From: Camelus ferus
Taxonomy: Eukaryota
DNA: 64,000 bases
Assembly: GCF_009834535.1 (NCBI RefSeq)
Contig: NC_045697.1
Coordinates: 88,476,001 to 88,540,000 of the forward strand
Direction of reading: 5' to 3'
In this document: piece by piece, positions 25,236 to 38,410 of the stretch
How positions within the stretch are numbered: the stretch's first letter is position 1
Layout: each line of letters begins with the position of its first letter
Made by a program: the position numbers and the translations under genes
Notes under the pieces: generated by a model
The model's database searches: none
What the model was told of the DNA's origin: nothing
The model's input: only the letters and a program-made list of their open reading frames with translations

Positions 25236-25803
25236 TTTTTTGTTTATTTGTTTATTTTAATTGAAGTCTAGTCAGTTACAATGTGTCAATTTCTGGTGTA
25301 CAGCACAATGTCCCAGTCATGCATATACATACATATATTTGTTTTCATACTTTTTCATTAAAGGTTATTTCAAGATATTGAATATAGTTCCCTGTGCTAT
25401 ACAGAAGAAATTTGGTTTTTTTAGATCTATTTTTATATATAGTGACTAACATTTGCTAATCTCAAACTCCCAAATTATCCTTTCCCATCCCCTTTCCCCT
25501 GACAACAATAAGATAGTTATACATCCGGAGGGAACTCTAATTCGAAAACATACATGCACCCCAATGTTTACAGCATCACTATATACAATAGCCAAGACGT
25601 GGAAGCAACCTAAATGTCCATCAACAGGTGACTGGATAAAGAAGTTGTGGTATATTTATGCCATAAAAAAGAATAAAATAATGCCATTTACAGCAATATA
25701 GATGGATCTAGAGATCATCATTCTAAGTGAAGTAAGCCAGAAAGAGAAAGAAAAATACCATATGATATCACTCATATGTGGAATCAAAAAAAAAAAAAAA
25801 AAG
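25236..25803 (-). mobile_element. 5'-inverted (twin-primed) camelid-type L1 3' fragment
   Basis: 25236-~25517 is antisense L1 3' UTR with a T-rich tail. ~25518-25803 is sense ORF2 C-terminus (TCTPMFTASLYTIAKTWKQPKCPSTGDWIKKLWYIY) ending in the A-tract that follows ORF2. Confidence 0.88.
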
Positions 25804-25934
25804 AATTTAAAATTCAATTTTCTTGTATGTATAAATGCAGTACTTAGTGGACTAGACACTGCTATCTTTTCTTGAAAAAGAGCATATTGATAGCAATTTA
25901 ATTCAAAATGAAGGAAGCTAATGCCACTAATGGG

Positions 25935-26150
25935 CATTGAGTACTGGACTCTGTGCTGGGCACTGGGCTAAATGCCTCACATCTATTAACCCATTTAATC
26001 CTCATGACAATCTAGCAAACAAGTGTGTATATTCATCCAATTTTACAGATGAAATTCTTGGAGAGCAAAAGTCAGTCTCTGTGCGAGGTATCAGAGTTGG
26101 GGAATGTTCGTGTTCTGTTGCTCCAGCTACAGGACATGCACTTCTGAACC
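25935..26150 (-). mobile_element. MIR
   Basis: 'ctgtgctgggcactgggctaaatgcctcaca...catttaatcctcatgacaa...ttttacagatgaa'. Confidence 0.75.
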
Positions 26151-29100
26151 ATTCACTTTTCTGTTCCTTCTAAGATAATGCATTAAAGGAAAAGAAAAGT
26201 ACCTCATGTGAAAGAATTGATATTTAACTATGTTCTCAATACATACTTGGGAATCTCCTGTCAGGAATTATATTAAAACATAGTATTTCCTTACCACTTT
26301 CCTTATCATATTTGCAGTCAGTTTATATTGTATTATATATAACATATATGCATATATTGTGTTATATATAACATATACACATATGTATGTGTAAGTATTA
26401 TATACAGTTTGTGCATGAGATATAAGAAAATGCTGAGTTGGTCTATAAATATATTTTAATTTTCTCTTGTGTATTGAAATTAAATAGACTTGAGGACAAA
26501 CCATACATGCTGAATGGGTACTTGTCCTTTCCTGGATAAAGGAAAGATGACTTTGAATATGAGTATAAGAAATTATGTGGGCCAGCTGGTCAAACTGCCC
26601 AATGATATGGTTCTAACACCCTTGTCTGCCAACAAACGATGACGTTTTGCTGGTTTCCCAGCTGGTTTCTTGCTCCTCTCCTGTGGTGAAGGTTGTTGCT
26701 GTTTCTCAGGAGGACACTCTGTGGCAGAGAAGCAGGTTCAATAATTCAGAGCAACTGCCTCAAACGTCGCAGGTTAAGACCTCTCTCAAAGGTCAAGAAC
26801 TAATCAGAACAGCTGCTTAGTTACCCAGCGGAATAATAAATAGTTCCCCAGCCCAGTCTCTCCGTCTGTAAACACAGAGGTCTCCCACTCTTCGCTGCAA
26901 CATTTTAAGGTGAATTGTAAAGAGTGCTCTTGTTTACCAAGCAGATGTTAGCGCATTAACGGTGTACTATTTACAGGCCCTCAGTGGATGTCGAAGTTTG
27001 TGTTTGCCTTCCTTGAACACTCGTTATCAACACAGCTGCCAGAGATGGTCTGGGAAATGTTTCAAACAGCGCTGAGTGCTGCTGCCAGGAGCCACCTTCT
27101 CAGCATGGGAATCAAGACCAGCGAGCTGTGGTCTCATGATGGCGTGCTATGTCTGGCACCGTATCCTTCTGTTTTCCCAGACGAAGGAATACATCGTGTT
27201 CATTTTGCGAGTCATATGAGAAAAATCTCCATCCATCCAAGGTGAAATGAGGTGATCAATATGTACTGTCTTTACTGCCTACAGCAATGACTGTTCAATA
27301 TTTAATGGGTCTCAAGCTGTGTGGCATTGACTGCTCTGGCCAAGACCATGGGCACCGTGGACGACCCGTGCTTGTGTTAAAGCTTTCGATTTGGTCTACC
27401 AAGACAGAGACAATAACGGGCCAGGGGCATTTGCGGTGGAGGAAAAACAAAATCAGCAACCACCAGCTGTAATAAATAAACAAGCTTTGTTTTCAGGGAG
27501 GAGGCATTTGCTTTTAATATTCAAAGGGAATGCAGTAGAATTCACTTTGGTCCTTCTATGGGGCATACATCACATTACATATTAAGAAACAACTCTTGGC
27601 ATCTAACAAAAGCTAATATTGTACAATATTCAAACACATGGTAAATTATTTCTGTTTTGAATGGACTCATTCAGCTGTGGTAAGATAAAAGGCATGATTT
27701 TATAAAGTTTTTGGATTTCTTTTTATTGTGGAGGTTAGTATGTCAGTTTTGTAGCAATTCAAGGGACACAAATGCTCTCATCGGTTTTGTTTTAGATTAT
27801 AATCATACAATGATGTGGTAGTCTATTAATTATCCTTTCATTGTTGCCATCATTTAAAAATCTATGTTTGCCTATTATTTCTGTAAAAACAGTGACCACT
27901 GAGCATATTTATTCATTAGAATGATACTACCGAGGAGCCAAGAGAGGACTGAGGTTGAATAGATGTGATAGACTTGGATTCTCAAGCCACGTCCCATTTA
28001 CCATCGAGGCAAAGTAAAGAGTACATATCACAGGATTTTCCCCTCTTTTATTTCCCTTTTGATTCTGTGTATCAAGTGAATTAATAGATTTGCAATACAA
28101 TGGAAAGAAAAAAGAAGAAACACAAGTTCTCCAGCCATCTTGGTCCCAGATAAGGAGCTAAACCTGAGCGATAGTAACTGGATTTCCCATTTTCCAGGAG
28201 CTCATTGCTGACCTGAGCCCGGACTCCTCGTCCACATCCTTATGCATATGTGTGAGCTTCCCTTTCTCTTTGACCTGGAGTTGTAAGCATTCTACTGTTC
28301 AGAATATCATGTTGGTGACCAGCGTTCTTGGTTATTGTCAAAACTCCTCTTACGTTTTGACAATATACTTACTTTTGTAGAGTGTTTTTTTTTCAAACAT
28401 TGAAAATCAGTTCATGCCTCAAGAAGTCCCAAGTATGTTTTCAGTGACCACAAAGGGCTGGGTTTCTATTTAGGTGGAACAGACAGCTGTTGAGCGGTAT
28501 GATTTCAGAAGCCCTGATTCCTCCCCCTTCCTTGCCCCATTCCAAAATCTGCTTTCCACACCTGCTCACCAACTGAGGACATTCCTTTAAGAGGGAACAA
28601 AAGCTTTCGATTTATAATTAGAAATATGACTTAGGAAACCCCTCTGCCAGAGAGTTCCAAGCACGGCGGCCCAGGTTACTTTATGGGGTGTCAAATTTCT
28701 CTTGGCTTTGGCTGCCACCCAGAACACTCAGAAAATCTTTCCACCGTGCTCCCCTCTGGACTCCCACCATTTTCTGTACGTGCAAGCATATGGCAGTGAT
28801 GATATGTCTGTGTGAAGCTTTAGTAAAATAGACAAAATTCAAATGCTGTTACGCATCTTTCAAATGGTAAGTTCCGTTACATATAGCCCCTCAGGGTTTT
28901 TGCTCAGTGTTACTAACGTGCAGCTTCCTTGGTAAAATCCTCTGTGAGTCACTAGCACAAACTCTGAGGTAGTGCGCCTGGCATTAGCCTACTGCCAACA
29001 TGACCTGCTCCTTTTTTTTTTTTTTTTCCCATATCAGCAATGTTTAAATGTGATTGAGGCCTGTTTTCAATTCCAAGAATTTAGGTATTTTATCTGAAGA

Positions 29101-30603
29101 AAGTTCCACATCAGCTTTTAAAATGTTTCAGAAAATTGAAAAGGAAAAAAAAAACCCTTATTTACCAGAATGTTTGGAAACCTGCAGTCACTCATAGCAT
29201 TGAGCTGCAGTTGGCATAGAATTTTACACTTTCTTGACTCTAGCCTCCTACGTGTCAGGAAATTAAATTCTTGAGAGTTTCAGTAAACACATGCCTTATC
29301 ATCAGCACTAGTTTGACCAGTACCCTGTTCACACAGCAGTTGTACCCATCATTCCTGCATCACCTGGTCCATGTAGTTAAACAGTATTAGAAAATATTAT
29401 TTTAACTATTGATCTAAACTTGTCAGCACATGTGGGAAACGTTTATATTGTATCAGTGTGGCTAAGAATCCTTGTGGTGTATATTTCACAAGAAATCTTT
29501 GATATGTTTTTACCAGATCTATGTGTGGGTTATAATTTTCCAGTAGCTCTAGCAATACATTTTATAACAGGAATTTCTAACTTGAGGCTATTTTACTCTC
29601 AACTTAACCACTGTATAGAAACCACTCTTTTGAGTCATTGTAGCACCCCACCCCTTCCAAGCTTAGAGCCCTTCTGCCTCCAGCTACAGAAGTGAAATGG
29701 CACCTGCCTTATTGACACAAATTAGCTGAGACCTTAACACGAGCTGATGTCATTTCCATGTCCTTCAAATAAGGAACAATGTTTCCTTTCGTCCACAGAA
29801 TTTTTATCAGTTTTCTTTGAGCTAACGAATATCCCCTCTTATGCTATAATTTCCTCGTGAGACAGAGTTTGAAAAGATAAGTTGATTCTCAGTGAGACGT
29901 GTTAATCATGATGGTTACCCATCCTAGGGGAAAAGATGTTTTCAATAGTTCCTAGAATCTGTATATCTTGAAATATGCTTTCATTTCTGACCATGGAGAA
30001 GGCAGAGTTGCAATGAGTGTTCTGGTACCCAATGTGGAAGAATAATCATTCATTATTGTTATTATTGTTTCTGTGAGGGAGCTTCCTTTGAGGGTTGCTG
30101 TCAGTTTTCATTTCCTGAAGGTAGAAATTCCATTTATTTTTGTCACACACACCCTTTCTTTTGGGAAAATTACTGGGCTGGGTCTGCTGTGTTCACAAAA
30201 GTAAAGCCAGTGGTCATCGTAGTCATCTCTTGCTCTTAGAGAAAACATACAATAATTTACACATTTGAATGAAGATTTTAGAGACTAAAACTTTAAGTGT
30301 TCAATTTAGTATCAGTAGAGTTTTAAAATCTACCAACCTATCTATCAGTTAAGGTATTTTTTTCCTCTCCTAATAACTAAATTTTACTGGATTATTGGGG
30401 GTTCTACAGTGCTGTAAGATTTAATAAGTGGTGTATGATTTAATAAGCCAGATTTGGGGAAATAATCATTCTTTTTATTCCTTTAGTGGGTTGTAGAGAT
30501 CAGATCATCTCCTAGGGACTGGATAGGAAGAGGAAATTGGAAATGAGAGTATTCTCTGAAGGAAATGGATGTCTCTACTGTTTTTGTTTAGTTTTGTTTT
30601 TTT

Positions 30604-31208
30604 GGTAAAAACAAAAGAAACCTCATTTTAAATGGATTTGGGAAGTCCTGAAGGGGGAGCTCTCACTCACATACATCTCTTGAGGCCCACATAACCAGCA
30701 GGAAGAAGGAAGATAAGAATGTTACTTTTCTTCTGATGTGAGGAAGCATTAATCACATGGGAATTTTGTCTCTTGCTCTTAAGAAAAAAGAAGAAGAAGA
30801 AGAAGGAGGAGGAGGAGGAGGAGGAGGAGGAGGAGGGGAAGGGGAAGGGGAAGAAGAGGAAGAAGAGGAAGAAGAAGGAAAAAGAAGAAGAAAAGTAAGA
30901 AGAAGAAGAATTATTCCCTCCCTGCCAAGCAACAACACACTAACCAATGTTCACTGCCACAACCTTGAACTCCTATTCTTCTCCAACAAACCTTTGTTGA
31001 AAACACCCCTCCCCAATTTCCTCTTAAAAATCTAATGAGAGTAAGCCTCTCTCCTTGTTCTCCAGATTTGCCTGTGATTCACCATAGCTTGCCTGTACTG
31101 AATACAATTCTCTGCTATTTGCAAAAACAAAACAAAAAATAACAACAACAACAACATTTTGTTGGCAAAAAATAACTGATTTGTTTATTTATTATTTTTG
31201 AGGTTGAT
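30604..31208 (+). mobile_element. Solo ERV1-like LTR containing a purine microsatellite
   Basis: Starts 'tggtaaaaacaaaagaaacctcattttaaatgga', has U5-like 'tacaattctctgctattt' and ends 'gaggttgata'. Confidence 0.55.
30782..30911 (+). repeat. Compound (GAA)n/(GGA)n/(GGGGAA)n polypurine repeat
   Basis: Directly visible; ~130 bp almost purely purine. Confidence 0.95.
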
Positions 31209-31569
31209 ATCTTCATTGAAATCACCTTAAACTATGGAGAAGGGAAGTTCTTCTTGTTTTGCAATTTAAGAGTAAGGCATTGTTGGATTCCACTTTTAAA
31301 TGACCTAGAGATGCTTGGTGGCAGCCGTGAAGAACTAGGCAGGGATCTTGAGACTAAGTCGGGTTTCTGTGGGGCGTAGGAGTACCTTGTGATATTGATG
31401 GAAGTGACATAAGAACTTTATTTCTGTCACCCTCTATACCGCAGATATTCTGGAAATACAAGTTATGCACATAGTCTGCCCTCATCTTTGCTTCGAAGCT
31501 TTAAGGGCTACAACTCTGTCCATGCTCGGAGTAAACATCAATGAAGAACTGAGTTTAACAACAAGGACA

Positions 31570-31870
31570 ACTCATTGTATCCTGTCAATAATCCTGTGAG
31601 GGAGGTAGTATTATCTCTGATTTACAGGTAGAGAAACAAAGGGAAAGAGAGATGAGATAACCTCCTGTAGGTCACACAGATGTGTTAAGCAATCTGGAGA
31701 GCTCATGAGCAGCAATGTTTCACTGGTTCACTCTTCCATTCATATATTGATTTTTGTACTTTCTATGTGCCAATCACCATTGGAATTGCAGGGATATGAC
31801 GATAAATAAGACAGAAAACAGCCTTGCTCTTCTGAAGCTTGTACTCTGTTGGGACAGTGGCAGTGGGAGA
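31570..31870 (-). mobile_element. MIR followed by L2 3' fragment
   Basis: 'caataatcctgtgagggaggtagtattatctctgatttacagg' (MIR) and 'ctatgtgccaatcacc...gggatatgacgataaataagacag' (L2). Confidence 0.6.
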
Positions 31871-32559
31871 AAGAATCACCCACCTGGCAGAATTCATAGA
31901 CTAGGGAAGAATTCCTCAAAGATATTAAGACATTTCTTGTGGAAGGAAATGCAAGAATGAGTGGACTTGATGTGCGTCTGGGCATTAGGGTATTTTATTT
32001 TGAACACCAAGAAAATGAATGTAACTACAAGGAGAATCTGGCATCAGTTGCAAGGTGATGCTTCAGCTGCAGGAATCTTAAATGTAGGGAAGGCATTCAC
32101 TATATGTCACACTGAGATTATGTATAAATTCAGTTCCTGCCTAAGAACAGCTTTTTTTTTTTTGAGGGAAATGAATATAAGTAAAAGACCTAAAGTTTGG
32201 ATGAGGGGACTAACAGGGGAGAGGAGAGGAGAGACTATATATTCTTACATTCTGGGATAATTGTTGTCATATAGAGACACTAAGTGATTTTAAATAAATT
32301 TTCCATTCCTTGTGTTTATGACATTGGATATTTTCTCTTCTTGAGCACCTTTTTTTTTTTTTTTTCTTTCTGGTGAATGGTCATAAGAATCATTAGTGTC
32401 ATGCAGTATATTATACTACATTTATTCTTACTGTAGTTTTCCCCTCTAAATCTTTAAATCCACAAACATGCCAGTTTATTTCTCTTTCCTCTCAATTGTT
32501 TTTTTTCCCCATGAGATCTAGCTAGCTTAATTTCCTCACATCACTTATCTATTTTATGA

Positions 32560-32860
32560 TATGGACAAAGCCAGAGAAACTGTATGAGAGAAAAACCCCA
32601 GAATCAATAGGGAAGTGATTTTTGTATTTGCTTGCTACTTGACAGCCTTAAATGGCCTTCACACATGGTGAATACAATTTTTTTTTTCAATCAGAACGAT
32701 CGTGGAAAAAATGAATAGCATCAGGAAATGACTGGAATGGTCTAATTCACAGGAGGAATTTTTAATGAATTCTCCAAGAATTTGATCCTCAGCTCTTCAT
32801 TCTTTATATATTTCTTTGGAGTATGTAAGTTTATTCATATGGAAAATTGGAGCAGAAAGT
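32560..32860 (+). mobile_element. Possible CR1/L3 RT relic
   Basis: Weak resemblance to the CR1 RT region ('gaattctccaagaatttgatcctcagctcttcattctttatatatttc'); very degenerate. Confidence 0.25.
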
Positions 32861-35637
32861 TCTTAGAGCAGAATTTGCCAGACTTAGTCAGGGGTAAAAA
32901 TAATATACAGGCCCTTTCTAGGCTGTGTTCATGTAACTTGCCCACTTCGCATTAAGGTGCAATTAAGTTAGTATTTCACCTTCTCTGACTCATAGGGATC
33001 CTTGGTGTTTTTTTCCCCCTTTATCATATTGTGGTTTGGTTTCAAAAAGTGAGCATTTCGCTATCAACCACAGACTCATAAACTCCATCAATGTTGAATT
33101 TATTTGTATCCACTCTCCTAAAAAAGATAGAAGAAAGAAAACACGAAAATAGAAATTTCAGGTATCTTTGATTAGAATAATAGAGGTTTTTATGTTGTGT
33201 TGAAAATTGTATCTTATGTAAGTATCTATATAGAGAGAATTTCAGAAAACTGTAAAGGAAGTCTGTAGGCATTTCTGCTGATGATCATAGCTAAAATAAA
33301 TAAATAAATAAAAAATAAATCAGTAACTGTTCTTATAGCGAATGGCCTATTTCATTGAACGTGGCTGGAGTATTTTTTTAAAAATTTATATTCTGCAGTT
33401 ATTGAGTGCCTTGTTCTATGTATGTTAAGTCAAGTTGATAATGGTGTTCAAATCTTCTATACCCTTACAAACGCTGGTGCAGGGATTTTCTTTAGTCATC
33501 TTGGCTTTTATTCCTATTTCAAATCTCTTTAGAAAAATGAGATGGAATGCACACTGCCTTATCTTCAAACACATCCCTGTGGGCATATACTTCAAGAAAC
33601 CTTTCCTTTTAGTCAATTCTGCTAATTTTCTTTGTCCTTCTACATCCTGAGGAATACATTTCTTAGAACACTTTTATGCAATCTATAAGCCAAGGATAGG
33701 CTTATCTCAAGGTATCAACTGTCTCTAGAGCAACATACCTCTGATTCCTTAGGGATTTTACAACATTTTGCCACACTCCTAATGGGAAAGTCTGATTCAT
33801 TTTTCCTAATTAATGAAGAACTCTAGTGGTTCACCAGCTTTTTTCATTGTCATTGAAAGGAGAGAAGTGAAAGGATAAGAATAAGTGAGAATCTACTTCT
33901 ATTAGTATCTCCCAAGCCTGAAAACTCTAAATGTACTTATGAGATAATTGTACAAAAAAGAGAATTGAGTGGGGAAGACATTGGTTTCTTACTCAAATGC
34001 AAAATTATACATCTATACACAGTCAGCCATGTACAGGCATCATAATATGAGAATTTATTCATCAAATAATTCCTATCAAGAGAACCTTGATAGGACCTAG
34101 ACTATATTATCATGTTCTCTTTGAAAGGGAAAGAGGATGAGAATTATAGGTATTCAGGCTTTTGTCAGAAGGATTAAGGATAAGTGGTGATGAGAGCCAT
34201 TAAAATGAGTAATATTCACTTATCAAAAAAGACTATTTGCATTGGCTATTTAATGCTTTCAAGACAGGCTTCTTATCTATCAAAACAATGCTGAAGAGAA
34301 TCTGAGGAGTTTGAGAGTATGAAAGAATTATTATGAGTCCTGTGAGAAAGTGAGAGTGATATAAGAAAAAATATTTTTATTTGAGGAAGGAAAGAGTTTA
34401 TAAAACATTACTTTGCTTTAATTAAAAAGATAAATTATGGTTATAGTATGTGTTGCAAATTTTTATTGTAATTCTTAAGATGTTCTAAAAAAACATTTCT
34501 TAGCAAAAAATTGACTTCAAAAATGTTATCTGTGTGATTGTTGTTGAATGATGGAATTGTTGAAGAGTTTTGATTTGTCTATAAACTTTCTTTATACTGC
34601 GTTTTGGTAAAATGTAAGTATTTTAAAATAACATATACTTTCTACATTATTAAAACATAAAGCTATTTATTTTTAGGGAAAACTGTGTATATAAACAAAT
34701 AGGATAATGTATTGAAAGTATTGATTTATTTATCCTTATTTTTATTCTTTAGACTTTTATGTTATTAATCGGGGAATATTCTTTATCTTCTCAAGTAAGG
34801 TTAGTCATTTAAGTAGTTAAGTGCATCAGAAATATTATTTTTATCTCCTTAACAATATGGGAGTATTTCCCTGGATTTTCACTAAATGAAAAAAAATTTA
34901 GGGGGGATGGCTATAGCCATATGTAATATTTTTTGAGATTTTTGTATCTTTTTTCTACTTTTTCAGTTTTATTAGGTAGCATTATTACAGTTTGACTGCA
35001 CATACACATTATATTGCATGTAAATACATACATACAGTATACTGAACTTTTTTTTTTAGTTTACATATATATACTAATTATTGTTTCTAGGAATAGATTA
35101 GATCTTTAGCTTCTTAAACTCACATAGTTATCAAAGGAATAAAGCCAATATGTTTTTATCCCTATATCTTTGCATTTAAATGTCTGAATAACACTATGAT
35201 AAGTAGATTTTTAGATATTTTTAGTTTCTTTCTTTTAACTTCTTTGCATTTTCTAATTCTTAAATAAAAATGTAATAAATTTATAGCAACAAGCTTTAAT
35301 TAGAAATCAAAGAATGATAAAAATCAAAAAGTGAAAAAAAGGGATCTCCTTTCTTATAGCTTTTGATGTATAAAATGACAGGGAATGATTTAATAGGGAA
35401 GCACTGGAATATCTTGGAAAGCATCTGTAATTCTTCTACTGTGATTAGGAAGTGGATACTGCTAGCTGCATAATAAATATCTATTCTTCTTTTCCTTTTT
35501 CACAAATGGGATCAGATTTTTTTTCAAGGTGTTAGGGTGTCTTGTTGAAAACTCTATTTTCCATCCTCCTTTCCAAGTGGCACAGCATTAGCAAGTGAGA
35601 TGTATATTGTGGAGGTCTGGGATAGTTTTTCTTTTCT

Positions 35638-35794
35638 TTTCTTTTCTTTTTAAGTATTTTATTTTTATAGTTTTCTGAAGGGGAGGTAATTAGGTTTCCT
35701 CATTGATTTCTGCTTGGAGGAGGTGCCAGGGATTGAACCCAGGACCTCTTGCGTGCTGAGCATGCGCTCTACCACTTGAGCGATACATTTTCCC
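35638..35794 (-). mobile_element. Vic-1-like SINE with perfect 16-bp TSD
   Basis: A/B boxes on the minus strand (ctcaagtggtagagcg..., gggttcaatccc). TSD atagtttttcttttct at 35622-35637 and 35795-35810. Confidence 0.9.
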
Positions 35795-35982
35795 ATAGTT
35801 TTTCTTTTCTCATCTCTTCTGTCTTTTCCTCCTCGTTGCTTATTCTTATTGCTTAGAATGTGAATGTAATACTTGGAGGATTAATAGTCATCTTGCAGCC
35901 ATTAGAAGAGGCACACATAAGAGAAAAGCAAAACGATAAAGGGGAGATTGTTTTTTTAAAATATCTTTTAATAGCTGGGTCT

Positions 35983-36261
35983 CTGCGTGGAGCCAAGGAC
36001 CCACATCTGGCGGCGCACGTCCCAGAGGCTCCACCGAAACCTGGGACACGGCCCTCCTCATGCCCCTCATTTGTTTTTCCTGTATCATTTTATACCTTGT
36101 ATAATTTTAGAGCACTGTGAATTTTATTTTCTGCATATGTCCCTTAATAATGGTATCTTTTCATTAAAACGTTTTTGTAAGCATCGTTTAAATTGCTGCA
36201 TAATCCCTCAAATAAATGCACCATAATTTGTTAATTAAATAAATAATTTGTTTATTAAAAA
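35983..36261 (+). mobile_element. L1-mediated retrocopy of an LTR 3' end plus unique flank
   Basis: TSD aatagctgggtct (35970-35982) / aatagctcagtct (36262-36274), TTTT|AA target, A-rich 3' end; interrupts the MLT1. Confidence 0.6.
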
Positions 36262-37689
36262 AATAGCTCAGTCTTCCCCTGAACTTCTATTTATGTGATG
36301 AAATAAGCCCTTTACTTTGTAAGTTGCCATTTCGCAGAGCTTCCAATTAAATCGGAGCTAAACACAATCTTAAGGTTTCCATAATATTAGTAGTTTTTGG
36401 ATTCATTACTGCCCTTAGACCAGGTAAAACAGATCCATAAAAGCCCCATGGTAACACTTCTCCAAATCTCTTGACTTAGATCCTTAAAACAAAAGGCGAC
36501 CGTATCTAAATCCCATGAAGGATTTCAGATTGTACCAACGCCAGTTCTGAGAATGACACTACTTTGGAGACCAGAGGGTTTTTGAGCAGTGAAACCAAAG
36601 TTATTTAAGTAAGAAAAAACAAAAATCAATAAAATTGTCAAATGTGGCCTATGAAATAGCATACAGGGTATAGTTTTCTTCTCATATTAAAACCTATTTT
36701 TCTCAGTGGTGCTGAATATTTATTTTCTTGTTTGTCTTTATAATCTAAGAATGGTTCTGGAGACTCTCACAAATCTGTGTTACCGAAAAACTGGTGTGTA
36801 TAAGCAACTGAGGTGCATTTTGCATCATTAAACAGTTCATATTTCTACTAAATTTGCAAATATACAATAATGTAAAGTATAATACCAATTCTGTATATTG
36901 GTATAGATATTAAATGCAAGAATTGAGAATAGTTTTGCCTCATAGAGCTTTTTAATATTATTGATTAATTTAAAATTTTTTATTAAAATTTTAGCTTTTT
37001 AGTAAAAGGTCATTGATAGCAAACCTATGATAATGATGCTAGCATAGTTAATAAAGCAGAATAGAAGCCAAAATTTGGCCAGTGGGCCAGAGCATTTTAT
37101 GTGCACAGTTAGAATTTTTGCTAGAAAACATTTCCTCAATTGTGCCAGAATTGATTGTATTTTTGCAATAATTCCAAGTTTATAATCTATATTTTTCTGG
37201 ACCTGTTCAAAGAAATAAATCTTAATGAAACCCATATAAAATTTGACCTTTGGATTTATGGTTGAAATATCATCTAAATATAATTATAGCAACCGAGATA
37301 CAAGATGCATGAAAACAGGTGAAAAAACAGATGTTCAACTAAAGAAGTCATGCTTTTTGTTAGAAAATAAAATTAATTTTCAACATGCATTAACCACATT
37401 TTTTGGCATGAATTGTTATAATTTTAGTTTACTAAAAGTCCATGGAAAACTCATGTAAATTTGGCTACATTAGTTTTAAAGGGATTAAATATTTAAAATG
37501 TTTTAGACTATTTTTTGTTGTCTCTAAGTGAAAATAGACTGCATGTAAAATATGCAGCAAAGGCAAACATTTCATTAAAAACATGTAACAAATTTGGTAT
37601 AAGGAAACTAAAATGTTTGCATGACCAAGAAGGAGAACATTCACATACAAGTAATCTCCAGTGTCTTTTCTAGACATTATATTATAACC

Positions 37690-37860
37690 AATATCATTCA
37701 AGGAATAATTATTATTAATCATAACTATTTATAATAATTAATAATATTATTACCATGGGATTAATATATAATTATTAAGAATTACAATATTAGTAATTAG
37801 TAATAATATTATAACTATTGAATATAATTAACAATTAGTGATTGAGCAACATATTACTAT
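37690..37860. repeat. AT-rich low-complexity tract
   Basis: Degenerate (ATA/TAA)n visible directly. Confidence 0.8.
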
Positions 37861-38285
37861 TTTTGTCTTTTTATATTATCTGAGCTTTTAAAATTTTGGA
37901 GAAGAAAAACTTAAGAAGTACTGTTTGCATCCAGGTATTGTTATAAGAGATAGTAAAACTAGTGATACTAAGCAGTAGCAATTTAAATGATGAAGTTAAA
38001 GTATTTTTCAGCTTACAAGGGATGATAATAATTTATCATTGGAATCCTATTTACATGACTTGTAGAAGTCACAGCTTATTCCTGAATCAAAGCATTGATT
38101 TAAGAATTTTGTTGATATTTCTAATTGCTGTTACCTCAGTAGAACACATCTTTTTTTAAATTTTGAAATTAATAAATAAACTAATTAATAAAAGTACACC
38201 CAACAAATGTCTAATTTGGTATTTCTGCCAATAAAACACAAGCTATATTAAACAATCCTTGCTAATAATAGCATAATTGGTTTGG

Positions 38286-38410
38286 CTTTTTTAGGGGGGG
38301 ATTAGGTTTGTTTACTTATTTATTTATTTTTAGTGGAGGTACTGGGGATTGAACCCAGGACCTTGTGCATGCTAAGCACACACACTACCACTGAGCTCTA
38401 CCCTCTCCCC
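38286..38410 (-). mobile_element. Vic-1-like SINE
   Basis: Minus strand ggggagagggtagagctcagtggtag...gcttagcatgcacaaggtcctgggttcaatccccagtacctcc followed by a (TAAA)n tail. Confidence 0.9.

Larger units (their letters stand above)
35440..36372 (+). mobile_element. Old MLT1 (MaLR) LTR carrying two nested insertions
   Basis: MLT1H/J-like motifs 'cttagaatgtgaatgtaatacttggagga...gtcatcttgcagccat' and 'aacttctatttatgtgatgaaataagccc...gctaaacacaatcttaa'. Confidence 0.65.

Noticed and set aside
30753..31035. ORFs with poly-E/G/R or poly-P/S tracts
   Set aside because: They are translations of the purine microsatellite.
38335..38410. tRNA gene (also ~4065-4138 and ~35720-35794)
   Set aside because: tRNA-like heads with degenerate stems, A-rich tails and, in one case, a perfect TSD; these are SINEs.
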